Position numbers and translations under genes: made by a program
Assembly: GCA_003162635.1 (NCBI GenBank)
Contig: PMNE01000109.1
Location: 10,719 to 56,791 of the forward strand
Reading direction: 5' to 3'
Length of the DNA: 46,073 nt
DNA from: Ignavibacteriota bacterium
GTDB lineage: Bacteria; Bacteroidota; Ignavibacteria; UBA10030; UBA6906
The notes under the pieces: generated by a model
What the model was told of the DNA's origin: nothing
Database searches by the model: none
The model's input: the letters and a program-made list of their open reading frames with translations, nothing else
Shown here: positions 27,802 through 36,904 of the stretch, piece after piece
How the letters are laid out: each line of letters begins with the position of its first letter
Position numbering within the stretch: the stretch's first letter is position 1

Positions 27802-28509
27802 CTACTTCGCAGCGTAGGTGAACTTCGCCTGCGCCTCTCCGGAACCACCCACCTTGACCTTCAGCGTCTGGGTGCCGTATTTCTCGTGCCAGGCCTCGAG
27901 AGTGTATTCGCCTGCAGGCAGACCCTTGATCGTGAAGGAACCATCCTCGCCCGTCACGGCGAAGAACGGATGTTCGAACACGCCAATGTATGCCCCCATC
28001 CATCCGTGCACTTCGCATTTAACGCGGAATGTCTCCGCCTTGTCAAACTTCTTCACCAAACGCATCCCTTGTTTCGGTTGTGCCGCATTGAATTGCGAGT
28101 TCACTTTCGAGAGGGAATGGACGTTATGGAGCGTCGGATCGTCATTGACGACGTCCAGTTCCTGTCCTGTCTGGATCCCGATCACATGCGGGAAGTACTG
28201 GCAACCCTTCTGCTCCAAAGAGAGCTTCGCCGCCGACGAGCCGTCGAACTTCTTTCCACCCAACCCGTCTTTCACGTACACCAGAACGTTTTTCAACGTC
28301 TTATTCGGATTGACGACGACATCTTCGGTATAGACCGGGTCCTTATGCGCCTTCATGCACACAGGATCCGCATTCATCATTAACCGCGTCGACTTCGGGG
28401 CAGTTCCCTCAAAATCGACTTTTCCCTTCACGTCCCCCCCGCGGGCTCCGCCGCCGAATCCGATCAGCAACGCTCCCACCAGGGCGCCGAGACATATTCC
28501 TCTTGTCAT
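27802..28509 (-). CDS. Exported cupredoxin-like protein with carboxypeptidase-regulatory-like beta domain
   Basis: Signal peptide; QKGCQYFPHV, NDDPTLHNVH, KCEVHGWM; C-terminal 'GSFTIKGLPAGEYTLEAWHE'. Confidence 0.8.
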   Translation of the reverse strand: MTRGICLGALVGALLIGFGGGARGGDVKGKVDFEGTAPKSTRLMMNADPVCMKAHKDPVYTEDVVVNPNKTLKNVLVYVKDGLGGKKFDGSSAAKLSLEQKGCQYFPHVIGIQTGQELDVVNDDPTLHNVHSLSKVNSQFNAAQPKQGMRLVKKFDKAETFRVKCEVHGWMGAYIGVFEHPFFAVTGEDGSFTIKGLPAGEYTLEAWHEKYGTQTLKVKVGGSGEAQAKFTYAAK

Positions 28510-28559
28510 GCTTCCTCCATTGTGTGATTCATAAGCCCTTCTCCTCATTCTTTCCTCCT

Positions 28560-31166
28560 TTACCGCACCGACGCGTTCGAGCGGACAGGTCCGCCCAGGG
28601 TGAAGACATAGTCGCGTATGGCCGTCATTTGCTTCTGCGCATCGCCGCCCAGGACATCCGGGAGAGGCGACTGGCCGTCCGGGAAAAAGGACGGCATGCG
28701 TGTCCCCTCCTGCAACTTATTGGGATCGGCGAGCCATTCAACAACCCAGGCAGGTTTGAGCCGCGACCGGACGTTTGTCAGATTCGGGGCGAGATCATTT
28801 GTTGCTGCGGACCCCGGGCCCGGCATCTTCTCGTTTGTCGGATGGCACTTGATGCATTGAAAATCATTGAAGATCGAACGCCCCACGGGAAGAAGGACGG
28901 GATCCGGCGTGAACGACTGGTAGTCGTGGATCGCCATCTGCTGGTTGCTTAAGGCCAGAAAATAGTCCATGATCTTGCCGATCTCGTCATCCGTGAAGGA
29001 GAACGTCGGCATTCGTGTGTTCAGCCAGAACCGAACGGCGTCGGGATGTCCGACAGTTGAGGGGTTCTTCAGGAATGCATACAGCCATTGCTCCTGGACC
29101 TTCTTTCCCTCACCGGTCAGGGGAGGAGGAAGAAAGGCGGTCTCTTCGATGATCGCGCCAATATGTCCCCCCTCCTGCTCCAACACATGGCACTGTTGAC
29201 ATCGATAGGAATAAACCAACCGTCGGCCGGTTTCGATCGCCTGCAGTCGCGCATCAAACGGTTTGAGGAATCTCTTGTCCGGTTCGTCTTTCGTTTCCGA
29301 GAGGAGGAAGAGCCGGATCTTCGCAATCTCGTCATCGGAGAAGGAGAAGACAGGCATCTTCTGGAGGATTCTGTCGGTCTGGAAAACGCGTGAGTCTTTC
29401 AATTTATTCGTAATCCAGTCGTGCCACGTATGAGGCACCTTTGTGTCACCGTAGTCCATCTCATCAACGCGCTTCCGACCGAAGTTGGACAGAGCCACCG
29501 AGACGCGGCCCTCCTTCTCCATTCCGGGGATGGCATGGCAGCCGGCGCATCCGTATTCCCTTATCAGGCCCTCCCCCCGACTCACCGTCGTCACGGAGGC
29601 CGTATCGATCGCCATCGATTCAAAGACGCGCGAGTCCCTCTGGGTCGTCAAGAACGCTGCAACGTCACGCGCTTCCTGATCGGTCAGACGGAGTTTCGGC
29701 ATTTTTGTCGTCGGGTTCAGCCGTCGGGGATCCTTCACCCACTCATAGATCCAGTCGGCACTCACTTTGGAGCCGACGCGCGTCAACTCGGGGGCGATGT
29801 CGTAGCTCGTTCCACGCTGCTCGCGCACCTTCGTCTCGTCGCCCAGTGCATGGCACGCCATGCACCCCACCGTGGCAAAAACCTTGCGACCCCGTTCGCG
29901 ATCTCCCTGGGCGGCGGCACCCCGGGTGATGCGGATCGTATCCTTCTTTGCAGCATGAAGGAGATACGCTGTGATTGCCTGCGCCTGATCGTCCGTGAAC
30001 CGGAAATTCGGCATGCGGGTGTGCGGATTGTATTCTTTCGGGTTCCGCACCCATCGAAAGATCCAGTCCGGCGTGGCCTTGCCGGCGACAAGCCCAAGGT
30101 CCGGCCCGATGCGGGGCAATTCGGTGTAACCCTTGATCTCGTGACAACCTGCGCACCCGGATTCGATCACCAGACGCTTGGCGGAGGAAAACACCGGCGC
30201 CCCATCAAGATGGCTTTCATTCTCGTGGCACTCATTGCACGAGGCCCACACATCCTTGCCTCTCAGCAGAGGGTTTTCAGCATACGGATCAGCATCTCCA
30301 TGTGCGCCGCCCGGCGTGAGAGACGGACCGTCTCCCCTGTGGCATGGAGTGCAGCCGAACGTCTCCGGCTTGTGGAGCGCGAGGAGTTCCGGCAATGGAT
30401 GATTCTTGAACGGTTCCGGCGCGTCCTCCATCACCTCTTCGTTCCACCCAAGGTGGCACGTTTGGCAGCGATCGATACGCGCCTTGGGGTCGTTGAAGGG
30501 GTTGCGGTCGTACCCCAGGAGCATCACCTGCTTGATTTCAATCGGGGCGGACTCGACGCGGTTAAGTTTTCCCTCCCAGCGGTCGATCGTCTTCCGGAGA
30601 TCCGCGAGGCCATTTTGTGCCTGACGCACGCGGTCTTTGTACACATTCACGATCGCGGCGATGGAATCACGGCTTGCCTCGAGGCGCGTCACGAGCGCCA
30701 TGTGGGCCGCCATCTCCGCCTCGTTGCGCGTCAGCTTCTCCTTCTCGCCCGGATCTTCCTTTCCCTCATGGACGGATTTCTTGTAGAAATAGTATGCTTC
30801 GTCGCCACGGCTCTTTGCAAATTGGTACGCACGATTCTCCCGGATAAGCTGCTCAAGGACGCCGTCGTAGGCGCGCGTGAGGAGAGCGTACGCCGGACTG
30901 TTCATGGAATCCTGCGCAGCGGCAAGCTGGCGGCTGAGGTCCGCTGCGGCCGACGAATCGAATTGCGCGTGCGCCTGATCCAGACGCTCCCTGAGTTGTG
31001 CGGCGGCAAGCGCCCTGTATTCCCGCTGCGTTTCCTTCCACGGCCGCCGCGTGGACACCTCATCCACGACCGCCCACACCGTGCCAAGAAAAAGAAATCC
31101 GGCAAAGACGGCGTAATAGATGCCGTAGGAACGCTGCTCGATGGGAACTGATGCACGTCGTGTCAA
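28560..31166 (-). CDS. Membrane-anchored octaheme cytochrome c of the Rieske/cyt b complex
   Basis: One N-terminal TM, coiled coil, eight CxxCH (CQTCH, CTPCH, CNECH, CAGCH, CMACH, CAGCH, CQQCH, CIKCH); TTG start. Confidence 0.9.
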   Translation of the reverse strand: MTRRASVPIEQRSYGIYYAVFAGFLFLGTVWAVVDEVSTRRPWKETQREYRALAAAQLRERLDQAHAQFDSSAAADLSRQLAAAQDSMNSPAYALLTRAYDGVLEQLIRENRAYQFAKSRGDEAYYFYKKSVHEGKEDPGEKEKLTRNEAEMAAHMALVTRLEASRDSIAAIVNVYKDRVRQAQNGLADLRKTIDRWEGKLNRVESAPIEIKQVMLLGYDRNPFNDPKARIDRCQTCHLGWNEEVMEDAPEPFKNHPLPELLALHKPETFGCTPCHRGDGPSLTPGGAHGDADPYAENPLLRGKDVWASCNECHENESHLDGAPVFSSAKRLVIESGCAGCHEIKGYTELPRIGPDLGLVAGKATPDWIFRWVRNPKEYNPHTRMPNFRFTDDQAQAITAYLLHAAKKDTIRITRGAAAQGDRERGRKVFATVGCMACHALGDETKVREQRGTSYDIAPELTRVGSKVSADWIYEWVKDPRRLNPTTKMPKLRLTDQEARDVAAFLTTQRDSRVFESMAIDTASVTTVSRGEGLIREYGCAGCHAIPGMEKEGRVSVALSNFGRKRVDEMDYGDTKVPHTWHDWITNKLKDSRVFQTDRILQKMPVFSFSDDEIAKIRLFLLSETKDEPDKRFLKPFDARLQAIETGRRLVYSYRCQQCHVLEQEGGHIGAIIEETAFLPPPLTGEGKKVQEQWLYAFLKNPSTVGHPDAVRFWLNTRMPTFSFTDDEIGKIMDYFLALSNQQMAIHDYQSFTPDPVLLPVGRSIFNDFQCIKCHPTNEKMPGPGSAATNDLAPNLTNVRSRLKPAWVVEWLADPNKLQEGTRMPSFFPDGQSPLPDVLGGDAQKQMTAIRDYVFTLGGPVRSNASVR

Positions 31167-31187
31167 CTCGCGAATCCCCGCTTGGGT

Positions 31188-32072
31188 CTAAATGTTGAAC
31201 CAGGGTGTGACCAGAATGTACTTCACATTCAGCACCAGCCGAAGAATGATCTTGACCGGAAGCGCCATCATGATCAGGAACAGGGCGGCGATGATCGTGT
31301 AGCGCACGGGACCGAGCCTTCGGAGCACGTCACCCTTCCTTTTCCATACGTAGTACAACGCGCCGAGACTGAACCACGCAAGAATAGTAATCGTACCGAT
31401 CGCCATTGCTGCGGGGTTCAGAGAGTCGTCCACCCGGTGCGTCGGAACACCGAACAGCTCCGACCAGTCGATGTTCGTGAGCGCGACAACGCGATGGGTG
31501 TCCCATTCCTGCCACGGGAGGAAGAGGTTCCATCCGGGACCGCGGAAGAATGTGCCCAGAACGATGAGCGAGACCCACAGGACCAGAAAACCAAAACAGA
31601 AGGTGAGGATGGCAAATCTCCGCTCCTTGAACGTGTAGTATCCATTCCCCTTCGGATTGATGTCGATGTACGGAATGGCGCACAAGCCAAGGATGATAAG
31701 AGTCGGGATGGTCACGCCGGCAATCCATGGATCAAAATAGACAAGGATTTCCTGCAGGCCGAGAAAATACCAGGGCGCTTTCGACGGATTGGGCGTGAGC
31801 GAAGGGTTTGCCGGCTGCTCGAGGGGAGCGTTCAGTGTAATCGACCAGACGGTAAGGATTGCCATCACGACCAGGGCCGCAAGAAATTCCACCTTCACGA
31901 GGTTCGGCCAGACCTGGACCTTGTCGCCGAGGTCCGCCTCTTCCGAACCCTCCCGACGGTCATTCCTCCGGGCTTTGCGGAAGGAATATGTCGTATAAAA
32001 AATGATCAACGCCAGCATCAGAACGATGGGGACGTTGTCCGGTTTCGTGAGTATTCCGAGGAGATGGTCCAT
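31188..32072 (-). CDS. Cytochrome b C-terminal / subunit IV-like protein (extended)
   Basis: VWPNL...APLEQPANPSLTPNPSKAPWYFLGLQE...IPYID; extra TM helices at both ends. Confidence 0.85.
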   Translation of the reverse strand: MDHLLGILTKPDNVPIVLMLALIIFYTTYSFRKARRNDRREGSEEADLGDKVQVWPNLVKVEFLAALVVMAILTVWSITLNAPLEQPANPSLTPNPSKAPWYFLGLQEILVYFDPWIAGVTIPTLIILGLCAIPYIDINPKGNGYYTFKERRFAILTFCFGFLVLWVSLIVLGTFFRGPGWNLFLPWQEWDTHRVVALTNIDWSELFGVPTHRVDDSLNPAAMAIGTITILAWFSLGALYYVWKRKGDVLRRLGPVRYTIIAALFLIMMALPVKIILRLVLNVKYILVTPWFNI

Positions 32073-32102
32073 GTTATGTGCTCACCTTCTGCGGGTTTGT
32101 CT

Positions 32103-32894
32103 TCAGTTCTTTTTCGTCTCGCTCTCCGGACCCGAAATCCCGCCGTCTTTTCTGACCCGCCAGAAATGGACGATCATCAGAACGCTGCCGATCAGGGGAA
32201 GAAAGATGCAATGGAGAACATAGAACCGGAGCAGGGTCGGCGGTCCGACCTGAGTGCCGCCCAACAGGACGAAGCGGACGTCGTTGTTCACCTTCATGCC
32301 GAGCTCGGCGCCGAACGGCCCTTCATGACCAAGGAGAGGAGTTGCACGCGCCATGTTCGTTCCCACCGTGACTGCCCAAATGGCAAGCTGATCCCACGGA
32401 AGGAGGTAACCGGTAAAACTGAGGAAGAGAGTGAGCGTGAGGAGAAAAACGCCTATGACCCAGTTGAATTGGCGCGGGGGTTTGTAGGATCCGGTGAGAA
32501 AGACCCGGAACATGTGAAGCATCACCGTGATCACCATCGCGTGAGCGGCCCAGCGGTGCATGTTCCGCATGAGCGGCCCGAACGCAACGTCGTTCATGAG
32601 ATACTTCATGTCGTCGTACGCGTACTCGGCGGCCGGCCGGTAGTAGAACATCAGGATGACGCCCGTGACGGTCAGGACGATGAAGAGGAGGAATGTGATC
32701 CCTCCCATCCCCCACGTATAGCCGACGTTCGTTGCGTGGCGGGAGACGCGGACGGGGTGCAGATGGAGGAAGACATTGTCGAGGATCTGCAGAGCCCTGT
32801 TCCGCTGTGTATCCTGGTAGGCGTGACGGAAGATGGACTTGTACACGTCCGTCCTCCGCAGCTTCTCGCGCAACGTTTCGAAAATGCCGAACAT
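32103..32894 (-). CDS. petB: Cytochrome b6-type subunit (split cytochrome b)
   Basis: RNMHRWAAH...[21 protein letters not shown]...VHF, C-terminal GISGP. Confidence 0.9.
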   Translation of the reverse strand: MFGIFETLREKLRRTDVYKSIFRHAYQDTQRNRALQILDNVFLHLHPVRVSRHATNVGYTWGMGGITFLLFIVLTVTGVILMFYYRPAAEYAYDDMKYLMNDVAFGPLMRNMHRWAAHAMVITVMLHMFRVFLTGSYKPPRQFNWVIGVFLLTLTLFLSFTGYLLPWDQLAIWAVTVGTNMARATPLLGHEGPFGAELGMKVNNDVRFVLLGGTQVGPPTLLRFYVLHCIFLPLIGSVLMIVHFWRVRKDGGISGPESETKKN

Positions 32895-32944
32895 CGCACC
32901 CCCGTCTGTCTCAGAAAGAACAGTATTTCACGATCCACCTGGCG

Positions 32945-33523
32945 TCAACCAAACTTCAGGAACGCTCCCGGCTTTGACCATTCCCCCTTTTCATAGAGGA
33001 ACTTCACCCCCCTATCCACGACGATATCTCCATCATCCGAGAGGGTGATTTTCAGGCGTTCCAACGGCCGCGGCGTCGGGCCTTCGAAATTCACGCCGTC
33101 TTTATGGTAACCGCTCCCGTGACAAGGGCATTTGAACTTGCTTTCGGTCTGGAGCCACCGGGGGGTGCACCCAAGATGCGTACAGATCGCCGAGAGCGCG
33201 TAGAATCCATCCGCCTCGCGGACGATCCACACGCGGTACTCATCCTTATAGGTTTCGTTCACCTCGCCGACGACATAGTCCTGCGGCTTCCCCGCCTTGA
33301 AGGCCGAAGGGGTCTCATAGAGAACGCGGGGTACCATCAGTCTCAGGGCTCCCACGGTCGCCGTCGCCAGAAATCCAAAGAAGGCCAGCCATCCCGCGAC
33401 CGACAGGAAGTTCTTCCTGCTCATCCGCCAGATGCCCGGATCATTTTCGGGGGGCTTGTCCTGCCTTGGCTTCCGCACTTCGCCTGCCACCGGTTTCTGG
33501 AAAGAAGGGTCCTGTTCAGGCAT
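32945..33523 (-). CDS. petC: Rieske [2Fe-2S] subunit
   Basis: CTHLGC and CPCHGSGY boxes, GPTPRPL; Tat-like SRKNFL followed by a TM. Confidence 0.93.
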   Translation of the reverse strand: MPEQDPSFQKPVAGEVRKPRQDKPPENDPGIWRMSRKNFLSVAGWLAFFGFLATATVGALRLMVPRVLYETPSAFKAGKPQDYVVGEVNETYKDEYRVWIVREADGFYALSAICTHLGCTPRWLQTESKFKCPCHGSGYHKDGVNFEGPTPRPLERLKITLSDDGDIVVDRGVKFLYEKGEWSKPGAFLKFG

Positions 33524-33756
33524 CACGGTGCCTCGCCAATGACGGATGCGCTTGTTCCCCCATGAGCAACGACTTGAGAAGGTAAAGCGTCGATGGAGCG
33601 GAGTGGCGTACGATAATTGAGGAGATGGAACGATGCAGGGGGAAACCAACAGCGATGGCCGGCAAAGAACTCAGCAACATGAAGAATGAACAGTGTCGTG
33701 AAAGAACTCTGCGCAACCGCTGCAGAACGTTGTGGTTTCAATGAACTAACGTGGAG

Positions 33757-33785
33757 AAGTTACAAAAGGTTCACGGGAAAGTCAA
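33757..33785 (-). promoter_or_regulatory. Putative promoter of the Rieske/cyt b-aa3 module
   Basis: TTGACT-17 nt-TAACTT, ~230 nt upstream of the Rieske ATG. Confidence 0.55.
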
Positions 33786-33883
33786 CAATCCTTCCCGGTC
33801 GGAGGGAAAATGTTTCCCTGAAGACAGAAAACTGTGTAGATTCTCAACGGGGCTTCACCCTTCGCGCCCTGGAGGCCGCGCGT

Positions 33884-33912
33884 TTGCATCTGCGCGGCGT
33901 TTGCAGTATATT
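33884..33912 (+). promoter_or_regulatory. Putative promoter of bshC
   Basis: TTGCAT-17 nt-TATATT, 42 nt upstream of ATG 33955. Confidence 0.55.
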
Positions 33913-33954
33913 TTTTGTCGAATTCGCTGCTCACTCCTGACAGCAAGGCATTCC

Positions 33955-35595
33955 ATGGATTGGATCGATCACCGGCAACTCCCTCCTTCGGCCGGAGGAT
34001 ACTCCGCACTGTTTCTCCGCTATCTCTACGAATTCGACGATGTGAGGCAGTTCTACCCCGGGAATTTCCGGGAGAACTCCTCGTATGAAGCCGTCATGCG
34101 GGCAATCGACATGCACCAGCCCGATCGAAGTGCATTGACGGAAGTGTTGAAGGAACAGAATCCGGACCCGCAGGCGTCGCCGCGTACCAAGGAGAACATC
34201 GAACTCCTGGGAAGGTCGACGACCTATGCTGTGGTCACAGGGCAGCAGGTGGGTCTGTTCGGTGGTCCGATGTACACGGTCTACAAGACCCTGACGACCA
34301 TCATCCTTGCGGAGAAACTCGCGGCAAAGTTTCCGGGAAAGTCGTTCGTCCCCGTGTTCTGGATAGAGGGGGAGGACCACGATTTTGCGGAAATGAACCA
34401 TACGTCTGTGTTCGACCGGGCAAACGGGGTCACGCCGGTGCAATACCTTCCCGGGGGCATCATGCCGGAGAAGAACGTCGGTGCTGTCGGGGAGATGGTC
34501 TTCGATGATTCCATCGGTCAGGTCATCGATACGCTCGATGCCTCTCTCCCCCCGACGGAATTCACCGCGCCGCTCATCGCACGCCTGCGCGAATGTTATG
34601 CCCCCGGCAGCACGTTCCGCTCCGCCTTCACGGCCTGGATGAGATTCCTCTTCGGAGACAGGGGTCTCGTGTTTCTGTCACCGCACCATCCCCGGCTCAA
34701 GCAACTCCTTTCCCCCCTTTTCGTTAAGGAACTCGAGACTTTTCCGCATATCTCCCAGCTCGTCATTACCCGCAGTGCAGAGCTTGAGCAGCGGTATCAT
34801 GCACAGATTAAGACAAAATCCATCAATCTCTTCATGTTCCACAAGGGCGGGCGCTATCTGATCGAGCCCCGGGAGACGGATTTCAGTCTCAAGGGAACGA
34901 GGGCCTTCTTCACGAGAGACGAGCTGATGGCCATCGCCCGCGAGGCGCCGGAGCTGCTCAGTCCGAACGTCGTTCTCCGTCCCCTGTGCCAGGACACTCT
35001 TTTGCCGACTGTCGCGTACGTTGGCGGTCCATCGGAAGTGGCCTATTTTGCGCAATTGCAATCTGTCTATGAGGATTGCGGAACCACGGAGCCGGTTATT
35101 TACCCCAGGGCGGGCGCAACATTGCTCCCGGGAAACCTCGCGCGCGCCATGGAGAAATACGATCTGGAACTTCCCGAATTTTTCGGCAACGTCGACACGG
35201 TGACGAACAAAGTTGTCGCACAGATCGCCGACATCAAGCTCGACGTGATGTTCGAGGAGTTGGTGAGTCGTTTGCATGGAGCGATAGGCGAAGTCAAATT
35301 CGGGTTGAACGAGGTCGATCCCACTCTCCTCGGTGCGGTGGAAAACCTCACATCAAAGATCGACACGAATGTCGGTGTCCTGAGAGAGAAATCGATTGCG
35401 GCGCAGAAGCGGCGCAATGAGACGGCAGTGCGGCAGATCGAAAGGGCAGTGGCGGGTGTGTTGCCCGGCGGGGTTCTTCAAGAGAGGGAGATCAACGCAG
35501 TTTCGTTTCTCAATAGATATGGTGTGAACTTCATTTCGTGGTTGTTCGACCACCTCGACATCACCGGATTCAAACACCAGATCCTGGCTCCGTAG
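33955..35595 (+). CDS. bshC: Bacillithiol biosynthesis cysteine-adding enzyme BshC
   Basis: VVTGQQVGLFGGPMYTVYK, PVFWIEGEDHDFAE, SPNVVLRPLCQD, YVGGPSEVAYFAQL, LQER. Confidence 0.93.
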   Translation: MDWIDHRQLPPSAGGYSALFLRYLYEFDDVRQFYPGNFRENSSYEAVMRAIDMHQPDRSALTEVLKEQNPDPQASPRTKENIELLGRSTTYAVVTGQQVGLFGGPMYTVYKTLTTIILAEKLAAKFPGKSFVPVFWIEGEDHDFAEMNHTSVFDRANGVTPVQYLPGGIMPEKNVGAVGEMVFDDSIGQVIDTLDASLPPTEFTAPLIARLRECYAPGSTFRSAFTAWMRFLFGDRGLVFLSPHHPRLKQLLSPLFVKELETFPHISQLVITRSAELEQRYHAQIKTKSINLFMFHKGGRYLIEPRETDFSLKGTRAFFTRDELMAIAREAPELLSPNVVLRPLCQDTLLPTVAYVGGPSEVAYFAQLQSVYEDCGTTEPVIYPRAGATLLPGNLARAMEKYDLELPEFFGNVDTVTNKVVAQIADIKLDVMFEELVSRLHGAIGEVKFGLNEVDPTLLGAVENLTSKIDTNVGVLREKSIAAQKRRNETAVRQIERAVAGVLPGGVLQEREINAVSFLNRYGVNFISWLFDHLDITGFKHQILAP

Positions 35596-35627
35596 CCCGA
35601 TTCGTCTTCGCAACGCCCCCCCTTCTT

Positions 35628-35646
35628 CCCATCCCCGCGGATGGGG
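35628..35646. terminator. Short hairpin between convergent bshC and actF
   Basis: CCCATCC-CCGC-GGATGGG; no clear U-tract. Confidence 0.25.
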
Positions 35647-35647
35647 C

Positions 35648-36904
35648 TCAGTGGTGCGATGTCACAGTTCCTGCCGACGCGGGGATAATCGGAACACGCG
35701 CAGCAAACCACATCCAGCACAGCACAAACAATGCGGCAAATCCCAGCGTCACCAGGATCTCGCCGATTCCGAAGGGGATTGTCGCCGCCGTCCAGACGAA
35801 CGGCACCACGGCAATGAATCGCTCCAGGAAGAGCGCGAGAAGAATCAGCGAGGTGATCGTCAGAAGCGCCCCGGGCACCTCTTTCACGCGGCGGCTCAAA
35901 AACACGGCAAGGGGGAACAAATACGCCAGAATGATGTACACCCACATCAGCGGCTCCCACGGCGCGCTGTAGAATCTCTTGATAAGGTAGCTCGTTTCGG
36001 AAGGGAGATTGCCATACCAGATCACAAGATACTGCGACCAGAAAAAGCCGCCGGAGAGAAGACAGAATCCGAACACAAATCGGCCCATGTCATGCCACTG
36101 ACTGACAGAATAGGCTCCTTCCGTCTTGAGCCATTTCCGCGAGACAATCGCCAGAATGGCAATCGCGACGAGCGATGCGTAGAAAGCATGCAGGAAGAAC
36201 AGCCATCCGTACAGGGTGCTCACCCAATGCGGGTCCAGCGCCATCACCAGGTCGAACCCAATCAGACTGTACAACACCGCAAATGAAATCAAGAGGGCCG
36301 GTGTGAGCCGCGCCAGGCGGCCTCTCCTGAGGATTTCCTCCTCATCCCAACTCGTCCAGCCGTTCGTGATCCGCCGGTGCAGCCAGGTCGTGAAAGAGCG
36401 ATCCGTCCGAGGAGGAAGAAGGCCGAGATCCGGGCGCAACGACGCAGCCACGAACTTGCCGCTCAACCAGGCGAGAAACAGGAAGGCGATCCCATCCCGC
36501 CCGAACAGAAACCACCCGCTCAGCCAGACTTCCTTTCCCCCGGTATCCCCATGGAGCCAGGGAAAGAGCATCCCCCCGCCCATCACGAGGACGGCATAGA
36601 GCAGGAGACTCACGGGGAGAAAGACGACCATCCCCTCGCCGATCCGCCGAAACTGGTCGCCCCATCGCGCGTTGGTTATCCCATAGACCCCCGCCACAAC
36701 GACCCCACCCTGGGCAATACCGGACCAGAAGAGGAAGTTCACGAAGTAGATCTGCCATGCGCGCTGCCCTTCGCCGACGATGATACCGGCAAGAAAGGCG
36801 ACGAACCCGAGGATGGTCAGTCCGATGAGGACATGGCGGAGCCGTGGCGGCGCCGCAGCCGGCGGGTAGTGAAGAATGGGAGTCGATGGTCGATGGACAG
36901 TCAT
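35648..36904 (-). CDS. actF: Alternative complex III subunit ActF (NrfD-like membrane protein)
   Basis: ~10 TMs, ARWG..RRIGE, DLVMALDPHWVSTLYG, HDMGRF, SQYLVIWYGNLPSE; ATGA coupled. Confidence 0.9.
   Translation of the reverse strand: MTVHRPSTPILHYPPAAAPPRLRHVLIGLTILGFVAFLAGIIVGEGQRAWQIYFVNFLFWSGIAQGGVVVAGVYGITNARWGDQFRRIGEGMVVFLPVSLLLYAVLVMGGGMLFPWLHGDTGGKEVWLSGWFLFGRDGIAFLFLAWLSGKFVAASLRPDLGLLPPRTDRSFTTWLHRRITNGWTSWDEEEILRRGRLARLTPALLISFAVLYSLIGFDLVMALDPHWVSTLYGWLFFLHAFYASLVAIAILAIVSRKWLKTEGAYSVSQWHDMGRFVFGFCLLSGGFFWSQYLVIWYGNLPSETSYLIKRFYSAPWEPLMWVYIILAYLFPLAVFLSRRVKEVPGALLTITSLILLALFLERFIAVVPFVWTAATIPFGIGEILVTLGFAALFVLCWMWFAARVPIIPASAGTVTSHH

Noticed and set aside
28560-31166. Octaheme as HAO, OTR or octaheme nitrite reductase
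   Set aside because: Hemes are spread over repeated class-I-like His/Met domains, with no CxxCK or HAO-like spacing
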